From assembly GCA_964533845.1 (NCBI GenBank), contig CAZHPQ010000005.1, forward strand, positions 1 through 34,844: DNA of 34,844 nt, in the 5' to 3' direction. The position numbers and the translations under genes are program-made. Positions 22,211 to 30,980 of the stretch are shown here, piece by piece. Source of the DNA: an uncultured Candidatus Planktophila sp. Its GTDB lineage: Bacteria; Actinomycetota; Actinomycetes; Nanopelagicales; Nanopelagicaceae. The first letter of the stretch is position 1; every line of letters begins with the position of its first letter. The notes below the pieces were generated by a model. It did not search any database. It was not told the origin of the DNA and saw only the letters and a program-made list of their open reading frames with translations.

Positions 22211-23728
22211 ATGACATTCGTAACTCCGGTCCTGAACTACGCGCAGCTAGCTCCGATTCTGATTGTCTTTGCAGGCGCCATCATTGGCGTTTTGATTGAA
22301 GCATTTGCTCCACGCGCAGCGCGTCATAGCTCTCAACTCTTTATTTCCACATTTGCTCTGGTTACTGCATTTGCAGCCTTGATGACAGTGCGAAATCAAT
22401 CATCAGTGGATGCCGCTATGGGCTCGGTTGCATTTGATGGCGCAGCTGTCCTTATTCAGGCATCGGTGCTGATTATTTCCTTCTTGGCAATCTTCCTCAT
22501 CGCAGATCAAGAAAACTTCACTGCAATGGCAGCGGCAGTTCCAGGATCTGAAGAAGAGCGTCAATCGCTACAGAAGGATTTGCGCGTCACCGAGGTCTAT
22601 CCACTTACGCTCTTTGCTGTCGCCGGAATGTTAATTTTCCCGATTGCTACAGACCTCATCACTCTCTTCGTTGCACTTGAGATTTTATCTCTACCTCTTT
22701 ATCTGATGGCTGGTCTTTCACGTCGTCGCCGTTTGATGTCACAAGAATCAGCGCTGAAGTACTTCCTTCTAGGCGCCTTCTCATCAGCCTTCTTCCTCTT
22801 TGGAATCGCCTATCTCTATGGCTATTCAGGCACAATCACACTCTCTGGAATCCAAGAGAGCATTGTCGGGGGATCAGGTAACGACATCTTCTTACTTATG
22901 GGAATCGCATTCCTTTCAGTCGGACTTCTCTTTAAAGTCGGAGCTGTCCCATTCCATGCATGGACTCCCGATGTCTACCAAGGGGCACCAACTGCGATTA
23001 CCGGCTTCATGGCGGCGGCAACAAAAATTGCAGCCTTTGGCGCCATCTTGCGAATCTTCTACGTTGGTTTTGCAAATGCAGAGTGGCAGTGGAAGCCAGC
23101 GCTCGTATTAGTTGCAATTATTACGATGGTTTTTGGTTCAGTTGTTGCAATTACACAACGAGATGTAAAGCGCATGTTGGCTTACTCATCAATCGCACAT
23201 GCGGGATTCTTACTTGCAGGCGTTATCGCTTTGAGTAAGTCGGGACTTGATTCTTCAATCTTCTATCTCTTTGCATACGGAATCGCCACACTCGGCGCCT
23301 TTGCAATTGTGACGTTGATCCGTGACTCTGCTGGAGAAGTTACCGACCTCAATCGTTGGAGCGGCCTTGGAAAACGCTCTCCATTGGTAGCTTCAGTATT
23401 TGCGCTCTACCTTCTCACCTTTGCTGGTATTCCCTTAACATCTGGATTCATCGGAAAGTTCTCAATCTTCTCAGCAGCATACGAGTCGGGCAGTACTGCA
23501 ATCTTGATTACTGGTGTACTAGCTTCTGCGATTGCCGCTTTCTTCTACATCCGCGTTATCGTCTTGATGTTCTTTAAGGATCCAGTCGAAGATGGCACCA
23601 GTGTGGTCATCCCATCTGCTCTGACGACAATCACGATCACAGTCTCCGCAGTTGTGACGATTCTGCTCGGTGTATTCCCAGCACCTCTCTTGAATTTCAT
23701 TGAATCAACCGCCTTCTTCATCCGCTAA
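22211..23728 (+). CDS. nuoN: NADH-quinone oxidoreductase subunit N
   Basis: ESALKYFLLG, FKVGAVPFHAWTPDVYQGAP, KRMLAYSSIAHAG. Confidence 0.97.
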   Translation: MTFVTPVLNYAQLAPILIVFAGAIIGVLIEAFAPRAARHSSQLFISTFALVTAFAALMTVRNQSSVDAAMGSVAFDGAAVLIQASVLIISFLAIFLIADQENFTAMAAAVPGSEEERQSLQKDLRVTEVYPLTLFAVAGMLIFPIATDLITLFVALEILSLPLYLMAGLSRRRRLMSQESALKYFLLGAFSSAFFLFGIAYLYGYSGTITLSGIQESIVGGSGNDIFLLMGIAFLSVGLLFKVGAVPFHAWTPDVYQGAPTAITGFMAAATKIAAFGAILRIFYVGFANAEWQWKPALVLVAIITMVFGSVVAITQRDVKRMLAYSSIAHAGFLLAGVIALSKSGLDSSIFYLFAYGIATLGAFAIVTLIRDSAGEVTDLNRWSGLGKRSPLVASVFALYLLTFAGIPLTSGFIGKFSIFSAAYESGSTAILITGVLASAIAAFFYIRVIVLMFFKDPVEDGTSVVIPSALTTITITVSAVVTILLGVFPAPLLNFIESTAFFIR

Positions 23729-24717
23729 TGGCAGCTATCGGAATACCTGGCATCGCCCCTGAATTAGAGGCCGAATTAGCGCTGGGTATGCAGAAGGTGG
23801 AGAGCCTTCTTCTGAGCCACATTCAAGGTGACTACCCACTTGTTGAAGAGACTTCGCGTCACTTAGTTGCTGCAGGCGGTAAACGTTTACGACCGTTGCT
23901 AACTTTGCTGGCATCTCATTATGGAGATAAGAATCGTTTTGGAATTGTTGAATCCGCAGTTGTCTGCGAACTTACCCATGTCGCAACGCTCTATCACGAT
24001 GATGTCATGGATGAAGCGCGCTTGCGACGCAGTGTAGAGAGCGCAAATAGTCGTTGGGGAAATACCGTTGCAATCTTGACTGGTGATTATCTCTTTGCCA
24101 AGGTCTCGGCCCTACTTGCCGATATCGGACCTGAAGCAGTTCGCCTACAAGCATCAACATTTGAGCGCCTAGTAATTGGTCAGATCATGGAGACGCAAGG
24201 ACCACAGAACGGTGAAGATGCGCTCGAGCACTACCTGCAAGTTGTTGCAGATAAAACTGGTTCTCTCATTGCAGCGAGTGCGCGTTTTGGTGCCATGGTT
24301 TCTGGTGCACCGGATGAGATCAAAGAGACCCTAACGGTATTTGGTGAAAAGATAGGTATTGCCTTCCAATTAGCAGATGACATCATTGATATCGCTAGCG
24401 ATTCTCATCAATCAGGCAAGACTCCCGGAACAGATTTGCGTGAAGGTGTGCCTACCTTGGTAACACTCAACCTCATGAAATCAAATCGTCCTGAAGATAA
24501 GAAGTTGCAGAAACTTGTGAGTGCTCCAATCAAAGATGAAGCAGTAGTTGCCAGCGTCCTGAGAGAGCTTCGTACACATCCAGCACTGGAAGAGTCGAAA
24601 GAGCAGTTACAGCAGGTTGCACGTGATGCCCGCGCTGCTCTTGGCCCGTTGCCTGTAAATGACGTTACTGGTGCGCTATTTTCATTGTGCGATGCGATTG
24701 TCGATCGCTCTGCTTGA
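23728..24717 (+). CDS. Polyprenyl diphosphate synthase (HepT/GrcC-like; menaquinone side chain)
   Basis: GGKRLRP, FARM HDDVMD, SARM FQLADDIID, GKTPGTDLREG; TAATG-coupled to nuoN. Confidence 0.93.
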   Translation: MAAIGIPGIAPELEAELALGMQKVESLLLSHIQGDYPLVEETSRHLVAAGGKRLRPLLTLLASHYGDKNRFGIVESAVVCELTHVATLYHDDVMDEARLRRSVESANSRWGNTVAILTGDYLFAKVSALLADIGPEAVRLQASTFERLVIGQIMETQGPQNGEDALEHYLQVVADKTGSLIAASARFGAMVSGAPDEIKETLTVFGEKIGIAFQLADDIIDIASDSHQSGKTPGTDLREGVPTLVTLNLMKSNRPEDKKLQKLVSAPIKDEAVVASVLRELRTHPALEESKEQLQQVARDARAALGPLPVNDVTGALFSLCDAIVDRSA

Positions 24718-25587
24718 GCGCACTAAATCTGTTCCAAGAGTTGCCAGCGCTAACCAAATAACAATAAATCCGATCCAGCGCGCTGTCGGCATCTCTTCGT
24801 GATTAATCCAGACACCAATTGAGAACTGAATCGTCGGTGTGATGTACTGAAGCAGGCCGATAGTGCTGTACGGCAGGCGTGTAGTAGAGCCATTAAACAA
24901 GAGCAGCGGAATGGCTGTCATAGCCCCTGCGCTAATGAGAAGGATGGTCAGAAGCAGTCCATGGCCAAACTGTCCTGTCCCTTGGTTACCTAGGTAGAAG
25001 AGGTAGAAACCATAGGGAAGGAGCGAGATAAGCGTTTCGATTGTCAAACCTTCTAGCGCACCTAGATCTAACTTCTTTTTTAAGAGACCGTAGGTTCCCC
25101 AAGAAAGCGCCAATGAAATTGCAACCCAAGGCAGACGACCGTAATCAATTGTAAGAATTGTTACTCCGATAGCTGCGATACCAACTGCAACCCATTGCAT
25201 CGGGCGCATCTTCTCGCGCAAGAGTAGAACTCCAAAGGCGATGATGATCAGGGGATTGATGTAATACCCCAGAGCAGCTTCAACGACGTGCCCATTATTT
25301 GTTGCCCAGATATAGGTAAGCCAATTGATGGAGATAAGAACGGTTGTTGCAAACAAGCCAGTCATCTTTTTGGGGTGCTTCATGATGGCGAGCGTTGATT
25401 TAAGTTGACGTAAAAGGGCAAGGACGATGATGCAGAAAACCAAGGTCCACACTGCACGGTGAGAAACTATCTCTAGTGGGTTGGCAGGTTTGAGTAGCGG
25501 CCAATAAAGTGGAAAGAGCCCCCAAAAAACGTAGGCGCCAACTCCAAAGAGAAGTCCGAGCGAGTACTCGCTCCTTGCCTTTACCAC
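24682..25587 (-). CDS. rarD: EamA-family transporter RarD
   Basis: AYVFWGLFPLYW, ALGYYINPL, GLLQYITPTIQF motifs; about 10 TM segments. Confidence 0.92.
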   Translation of the reverse strand: MVKARSEYSLGLLFGVGAYVFWGLFPLYWPLLKPANPLEIVSHRAVWTLVFCIIVLALLRQLKSTLAIMKHPKKMTGLFATTVLISINWLTYIWATNNGHVVEAALGYYINPLIIIAFGVLLLREKMRPMQWVAVGIAAIGVTILTIDYGRLPWVAISLALSWGTYGLLKKKLDLGALEGLTIETLISLLPYGFYLFYLGNQGTGQFGHGLLLTILLISAGAMTAIPLLLFNGSTTRLPYSTIGLLQYITPTIQFSIGVWINHEEMPTARWIGFIVIWLALATLGTDLVRSSRAIDNRIAQ

Positions 25588-26076
25588 TTATCGGTAGTTA
25601 ACAAATTGGACAGCAAACTCAAACTTGCCATTCTTTATCTGCTCGATGGCTTCTTGAAGATCATCACGGCTCTTAGATGAAACACGTAGCTCATCACCCT
25701 GAATCTGAGTCTTAATTGATTTTGGGCCCTCATCACGTAAAAACTTTGCAATCTTCTTTGCGTTCTCAGTTGAGATTCCCTCTTTGAGAGTGCAAGCAAT
25801 CTTGTAGATTTTTCCTGATAACTGTGGGTCTCCAGCTTCGAGGTGCTTTAGAGAAACTCCACGCTTAATCATCTTATCTTTGACGACATCGAGTGCAGCC
25901 TTTGCGCGCTCTTCAGTACCTGCTTCGATGGCAATCTTGTCGCCAGCCAGTTCGATCTTGGCACCGGTATTTTTAAAGTCAAAGCGTGTATCGATTTCAC
26001 GGATTGCTTGATTAATGGCGTTATCGAGCTCCATGCGGTCGATTTTTGATACTACGTCGAAACTGCTGTCTGCCAC
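25588..26076 (-). CDS. yajQ: YajQ-family nucleotide/c-di-GMP-binding protein
   Basis: [38 protein letters not shown]. Confidence 0.95.
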   Translation of the reverse strand: MADSSFDVVSKIDRMELDNAINQAIREIDTRFDFKNTGAKIELAGDKIAIEAGTEERAKAALDVVKDKMIKRGVSLKHLEAGDPQLSGKIYKIACTLKEGISTENAKKIAKFLRDEGPKSIKTQIQGDELRVSSKSRDDLQEAIEQIKNGKFEFAVQFVNYR

Positions 26077-26150
26077 GTTCTGGACCCCTTTGGTAATTCA
26101 ATTCTTATTGACACATTCTAATGTGCGCCATTGTAGGGTAATTTGTACTC

Positions 26151-27383
26151 ATGATTCGGAGCGCACGTAAACTGCCGAGCCTTCCGTACTTCTGGTCTTT
26201 GATTGACTGGACGTTGCCATCGCTCAACCCATATAAGGGCAGATTGCAGAGGGCACAGAACGTTGCTGACCTGGCTGCAATCGCAAAGAAGCGAACTCCC
26301 AAGGTTGTCTTTGATTATGTCGAGGGAAGCGCTGTTGATGAAGTTGCCTACGACCGCACTCGCCAGGCTTTAGCGCGAGTTGAAATCAATTCACGTGTCT
26401 TACGTGACGTTTCAGATATTGATACTTCAACAAAGATTCTTGGAAAGAGTATTGATCTTCCAATCTGCTTTGCGCCCACCGGCTATACCCGATTGATGCA
26501 CCATGTCGGCGAACCCGCGGTTGCAAATGTGGCAGCAGAGAACAACTTGATTTATGCGCTCTCTACGATGGGAACAACATCTCCGGCAGAACTTGCAGCC
26601 GCAGTGCCAAACTCCCGCAGATGGTTTCAGCTCTATGTCATGAAGAATCGTTCTGACACTTTGGCAGTTATCAAGCAGGCAAAGGACGCCGGCTTCGAAG
26701 CGCTTGTGCTGACAGTTGATACACCTGTTGCTGGACTTCGTTATCGCGATAATCGCAACGGTCTCACCGTTCCGCCAAAGATTAGGCTAAGCACTGTTCT
26801 ATCTATTGCACGCAAACCAATCTGGTGGCTCAATCTCTTTACAACTGGCAAGCTCGAGTTTGCAGCCTTCCGCGGTTGGGATAAACCGCTCTCTGAGTTA
26901 GCAGCTCTCATCTTTGATCCATCAACTGATTTTGAAGATATTAAATGGCTACGCTCTGTCTGGGATGGACCCATTGTCATCAAGGGAATTCAGAGCGTTG
27001 CCGATGCCAAGGCGGTTGCTAAATGTGGAGTCCAAGGAATCATTCTCTCCAACCACGGCGGGCGCCAATTTGATCGCGGGCCAGTTCCACTTGAGATTCT
27101 TCCTGAAGTAGTAGATGCAGTTGGTAAAAAGGTTGAGGTCTATATCGATGGCGGAATCATGTCTGGCCTCGATGCCTTAAGCGCAGTAGCGCTAGGAGCG
27201 AAGGCAGTCTTTATCGGTCGCGCCTATCTTTATGGTGCAATGGCAAATGGTGAAAAAGGGGTGCAACAAGTAATTGACTTAATGCGCCGCGAATTTATCA
27301 ATGGCATGTCACTTTCAGGATCTCGCACAATTGAAGAAGTTCAGAAGAACGGCGCGCAGATAAGGAGCAGTTTCCATGAATAA
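26151..27383 (+). CDS. lldD: FMN-dependent alpha-hydroxy acid dehydrogenase, LldD-type (probable quinone-linked L-lactate dehydrogenase)
   Basis: APTGYTRLMH, WFQLY, LTVDTPVAG.R, SNHGGRQ, DGGIMSG.D, GRAYLYG. Substrate is inferred. Confidence 0.8.
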   Translation: MIRSARKLPSLPYFWSLIDWTLPSLNPYKGRLQRAQNVADLAAIAKKRTPKVVFDYVEGSAVDEVAYDRTRQALARVEINSRVLRDVSDIDTSTKILGKSIDLPICFAPTGYTRLMHHVGEPAVANVAAENNLIYALSTMGTTSPAELAAAVPNSRRWFQLYVMKNRSDTLAVIKQAKDAGFEALVLTVDTPVAGLRYRDNRNGLTVPPKIRLSTVLSIARKPIWWLNLFTTGKLEFAAFRGWDKPLSELAALIFDPSTDFEDIKWLRSVWDGPIVIKGIQSVADAKAVAKCGVQGIILSNHGGRQFDRGPVPLEILPEVVDAVGKKVEVYIDGGIMSGLDALSAVALGAKAVFIGRAYLYGAMANGEKGVQQVIDLMRREFINGMSLSGSRTIEEVQKNGAQIRSSFHE

Positions 27384-28158
27384 GGTTGCAATTGTTACTG
27401 GGGGAGCCAAAGGAATTGGTCTTGGCAGTGCACAACGCCTGCTTGAAGATGGTGCGACCGTAGTTATCTTTGATGTCGATGAGAAAGCAGTCGCTAGCGC
27501 CACAGCAGAGTTCGCTAGCTACGGTGATCGCTTCTCAGGCGTCAAGGTAGATATCTCGTCAGAAGCTCAAGTGAAGAGCGCCGTCACAGAGGTCGGCACT
27601 AAGCATGGACACATAGATTATTTGGTTAATAGCGCAGGCGTTCAGACTTATGGCAACGCTGAAGAGACCACAGATGAGATTTGGGAAAAAACTTTTGGCG
27701 TTAACGTAAAGGCTATGTATCTGACAACAAAGTATGCCGTTCCATTTATGCGTAAAGCCAAGGGCGGTTCAATCGTCAATATCTCTTCTGTGCAATCACT
27801 TTCAAATCAGAAAGGTGTTGTTGCATATGCTGCCTCAAAGGGTGCAGTCAATGCACTCACTCGTGCTATTGCAGTTGATTACGCTGCCGAACAGATTCGT
27901 TGTAACGCGGTACTTCCTGGATGCGTGGATACTCCGATGCTACGAGCTACAGCACAATCATTTAAAGGTGATCGCAGCGAAGAAGATCTCTTACATGAAT
28001 GGGGACTTTCTCATCCGATAGGTCGCATGGCAAGCATTCACGACATAGGCAATCTCGTTGGCTTCTTATGTTCTGATAAATCCTCATTCGTAACAGGAGC
28101 TTCCTATGTCATCGATGGAGGCTTGATTACTCAAGTGCCTGTCATCCTTCCCGAATAG
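27376..28158 (+). CDS. Classical short-chain dehydrogenase/reductase (likely NAD-preferring)
   Basis: TGGAKGIG, acidic end of beta2 (IFDVD), VNISS, YAASK, PG.VDTPM; overlaps the lldD stop by 8 nt. Confidence 0.9.
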   Translation: MNKVAIVTGGAKGIGLGSAQRLLEDGATVVIFDVDEKAVASATAEFASYGDRFSGVKVDISSEAQVKSAVTEVGTKHGHIDYLVNSAGVQTYGNAEETTDEIWEKTFGVNVKAMYLTTKYAVPFMRKAKGGSIVNISSVQSLSNQKGVVAYAASKGAVNALTRAIAVDYAAEQIRCNAVLPGCVDTPMLRATAQSFKGDRSEEDLLHEWGLSHPIGRMASIHDIGNLVGFLCSDKSSFVTGASYVIDGGLITQVPVILPE

Positions 28159-28188
28159 GGCCGATTTCTAGAGATCTAATAAATAAGG

Positions 28189-28194
28189 TAATCT
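28189..28194 (+). promoter_or_regulatory. Putative -10 (TAATCT) for tRNA-Tyr
   Basis: TANNNT hexamer 19 nt upstream of the mature tRNA, in an AT-rich gap. Confidence 0.45.
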
Positions 28195-28213
28195 ACGCAA
28201 GCCGTAAGACCCT

Positions 28214-28298
28214 GGCGGGTTGCCCGAGCGGCCAATGGGAGGGGACTGTAAATCCCCCGGCTCTGCCTTCGAAGGTTCAAATCCTTCACCCGCCACCA
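28214..28298 (+). tRNA. tRNA-Tyr(GTA)
   Basis: Acceptor GGCGGGT/ACCCGCC, discriminator A, encoded CCA, anticodon arm GGGGA-CTGTAAA-TCCCC, long variable arm, T arm GAAGG-TTCAAAT-CCTTC. Confidence 0.97.
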
Positions 28299-28300
28299 AC

Positions 28301-28328
28301 AACGCCCTTCAAAGCGAGGGGCGTTTTT
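28301..28328 (+). terminator. Intrinsic terminator after tRNA-Tyr
   Basis: AACGCCCTTC-aaagc-GAGGGGCGTT stem followed by T run. Confidence 0.8.
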
Positions 28329-28361
28329 GCTTATCTCAGCTACCTGCAGTTCATTTGCGAG

Positions 28362-28390
28362 TCGACATTCACCCACCTGCTTAATACGCT
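28362..28390 (+). promoter_or_regulatory. Putative promoter of amino acid ABC operon (TCGACA-17-TACGCT)
   Basis: Canonical spacing; AAGGAG SD at 28419-28424 before GTG 28430. Confidence 0.55.
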
Positions 28391-28429
28391 TCGCCAGTAT
28401 CCATTTCGCCCCAACCTTAAGGAGCTAAC

Positions 28430-29278
28430 GTGCAAAAACGTTTTGGAATTATCACTGCAGCTGTAATCGCAGCTGCTCTCACACTTTCAGGATGCGGACT
28501 TGGCAATGACGACTCGTCATCAGCTTCTGCATCATGCGAAAAGGGAGATTTAGCAACAATCACTGAAGGCAAGCTCACTATCGCAACTGGTGAACCTGCG
28601 TACTACCCATGGGTTATCGATGACAAGCCAGAATCTGGCGAAGGCTTTGAAGGCGCAGTCGCTTACGCAGTTGCTAAGCAGCTCGGCTTTGATGCTGCAG
28701 ATGTCACCTGGGTTCGTACAACATTTGACTCAGCTGTAACACCTGGAAAGAAGAACTTTGACTTCAACTTGCAGCAATTCTCAATCACTGAGGATCGCAA
28801 GAAGGCTGTTGATTTCTCATCACCTTATTACACAGCTCCACAGGCAATCGTCTCATTCAAGGGAAGCAAGATCGAAGGAAAGACAACACTTGCAGACCTC
28901 AAGAGCGCCAAGCTAGGTGCTGCAGTCGGTACTACCTCACTTGATGCAATCGAAAATCAGATTGGCTCAAAGCCGCAGGTGTTTAACGACAACGCAGCAG
29001 GTGTATCTGCACTCAAGAACAAGCAGATCGACGGCCTTGTTGTAGATCTACCAACAGCGTTCTACCTATCAGGAGTTGAAGTTCCAAACGGACTTATCGT
29101 TGGTCAACTTCCTTCAACTGGTGCAGGAGATCAGTTTGGCCTCTTGCTTTCAAAGGGAAGCAAGCTCACATCTTGCGTAAGTGGCGCCGTTGATGCCATT
29201 ACTGCAGATGGAACACTCGCGACAATTACAGATAAGTGGCTAGCAACTGATGCTGGCGCTCCTGTATTGAAGCCTTAA
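28430..29278 (+). CDS. Polar amino acid ABC transporter substrate-binding lipoprotein
   Basis: Lipobox LSGC; SBP family 3 motifs SITEDRKKAVDFSSPYY and DGTLATITDKW. Confidence 0.9.
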   Translation: MQKRFGIITAAVIAAALTLSGCGLGNDDSSSASASCEKGDLATITEGKLTIATGEPAYYPWVIDDKPESGEGFEGAVAYAVAKQLGFDAADVTWVRTTFDSAVTPGKKNFDFNLQQFSITEDRKKAVDFSSPYYTAPQAIVSFKGSKIEGKTTLADLKSAKLGAAVGTTSLDAIENQIGSKPQVFNDNAAGVSALKNKQIDGLVVDLPTAFYLSGVEVPNGLIVGQLPSTGAGDQFGLLLSKGSKLTSCVSGAVDAITADGTLATITDKWLATDAGAPVLKP

Positions 29279-29314
29279 GAGAAACTCAGCAGTAAACAAG
29301 GTAGTTTGGCGACC

Positions 29315-30181
29315 ATGTCAGAGAAGAAAAGCTCTGCTTGGTCGCCAAGCTCCCGTGAACTAGAACGACGTAAATCTCGTCGCAGGATTAGCCGCAAGCA
29401 AGCAAGTATTGCTGCGGCTTCTTCCATTTTTGTCCTTGGAACTCTTGCTGTAATTCTTGTATCTTCACCAGGCTGGGAAACTGTTAAGGCGACCTTCTTT
29501 GATATTGATTACGGGCGCGAAGTATTTCCAACAGTCGTTAAAGGGCTCTGGATCAATTTGCAGCTTACCTTTATTGGTGGCGCCGCCATTGGTGTCATAG
29601 CACTTGGCCTTGCTCTGCTACGAACTACAAAGTCACCAGCGCTTACACCATTTAGATTTTTAGCTACCGCCTATGTCGATATTTTTCGAGGCGCTCCACT
29701 TATCTTGATTATCTTGCTCGTTGGATTTGGTGTTCCCGCTTTAGGTCTTACTGGGGTTTCCAGCAATGTCATCTTCCTGGGAACAGTTGCAGTTGTCCTT
29801 ACTTACTCTGCATATGTTGCTGAAGTTATCCGAAGTGGAATTTTATCTATCCACCCAAGCCAACGCGCAGCTGCTCGCTCTCTTGGCTTAACTTCAGGGC
29901 AGACGATGCGCTTTGTTGTATTGCCTCAAGCGATACGTCGTGTGGTTCCACCTCTACTCAATGACTTTGTCTCTCTCCTTAAGGACACAGGTTTGGTCTC
30001 AATCTTGGGTGTCACAGATGCTGTGCGCGCCGCCCAAATTAACGCGAGCCGTACCTTTAACTACACCCCTTACGTTGTAGCAGCCATACTCTTTCTCCTG
30101 ATCACAATTCCAATGACTCGCTATACCGATCGAGCCATCAGACAGCGTACAAACGCGCAGAACTCTGAGGGTGCCATCTGA
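29315..30181 (+). CDS. Polar amino acid ABC transporter permease
   Basis: YVDIFRGAPL, SAYVAEVIRSG, EAA-like QRAAARSLGLT, LLKDTGL. Confidence 0.92.
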   Translation: MSEKKSSAWSPSSRELERRKSRRRISRKQASIAAASSIFVLGTLAVILVSSPGWETVKATFFDIDYGREVFPTVVKGLWINLQLTFIGGAAIGVIALGLALLRTTKSPALTPFRFLATAYVDIFRGAPLILIILLVGFGVPALGLTGVSSNVIFLGTVAVVLTYSAYVAEVIRSGILSIHPSQRAAARSLGLTSGQTMRFVVLPQAIRRVVPPLLNDFVSLLKDTGLVSILGVTDAVRAAQINASRTFNYTPYVVAAILFLLITIPMTRYTDRAIRQRTNAQNSEGAI

Positions 30182-30927
30182 TGAGCAACGTTCTAGAACT
30201 TGTAGATGTACGTAAATCCTTTGGCTCTGATGTTGTCCTCCACGACCTGTCGCTGCAGGTTCCAGAACACACAGCGACAGTGCTGATTGGAGCCTCGGGC
30301 TCAGGTAAGTCCACTCTCTTGCGCTGTATCAACCTGCTGGAATCAATCGATGATGGCCAAATCTTCCTCGATGGCCAAGAGATTTCAGATCCACTAATCA
30401 ATGTAGATGACATTCGTCGCCGCTTGGGAATGGTCTTTCAATCGTTTAACTTATTTCCACATAAGACAGTACTCGAGAACATCACGCTCTCGCCCATCAA
30501 GGTCCATGGCAAGAGCAAAGATGAGGCCAATTCCCATGCGCTGTACCTTCTTAAACGTTTTGATTTAGCTGATAAGGCTGATCAATATCCTGATCGCCTC
30601 AGTGGGGGACAGCAGCAACGAGTAGCAATTATTCGATCTCTCGCTGTCAGCCCGCGCCTCCTTCTTCTCGATGAAGTCACTTCGGCACTGGACCCAGTGC
30701 TTGTTAATGAAGTTCTCTCTGCAGTGCGTGACCTTAAGAGTGATGGCATGACAATGGTTCTGGCAACTCACGAAATGGGATTTGCAACTCAAGTAGCCGA
30801 TGAAGTCTGCTTCCTTGAATCAGGCAATATTGTTGAACGCGGAAGTGCAGAGCAGGTTTTGCATAACCCGCAGAATCCAAAGACTCAAGAGTTCTTAAAG
30901 CGAGTCCACCAAGCAGGTCGTCTCTAG
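30181..30927 (+). CDS. Polar amino acid ABC transporter ATP-binding protein (GlnQ-like)
   Basis: Walker A GASGSGKS, MVFQSFNLFPH, LSGGQQQR, Walker B LLLDE, THEMGFA. Confidence 0.93.
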   Translation: MSNVLELVDVRKSFGSDVVLHDLSLQVPEHTATVLIGASGSGKSTLLRCINLLESIDDGQIFLDGQEISDPLINVDDIRRRLGMVFQSFNLFPHKTVLENITLSPIKVHGKSKDEANSHALYLLKRFDLADKADQYPDRLSGGQQQRVAIIRSLAVSPRLLLLDEVTSALDPVLVNEVLSAVRDLKSDGMTMVLATHEMGFATQVADEVCFLESGNIVERGSAEQVLHNPQNPKTQEFLKRVHQAGRL

Positions 30928-30928
30928 C

Positions 30929-30967
30929 AAAAAGAAAACCCCCACACATTTGTACGGGGGTTTTCTT
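30929..30967. terminator. Bidirectional intrinsic terminator between convergent ABC operons
   Basis: AAGAAAACCCCC...GGGGGTTTTCTT inverted repeat with A/T tracts on both sides. Confidence 0.85.
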
Positions 30968-30980
30968 GTAACCTAATTGA

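Noticed and set aside
28176-28376. 66-aa minus-strand ORF
   Set aside because: It is the antisense of tRNA-Tyr and its terminator.
28366-28380. TTCACCCACC resembling the tRNA 3' end (possible att site)
   Set aside because: The match is too short and imperfect, it lies within the predicted promoter spacer, and there is no integrase in the window.
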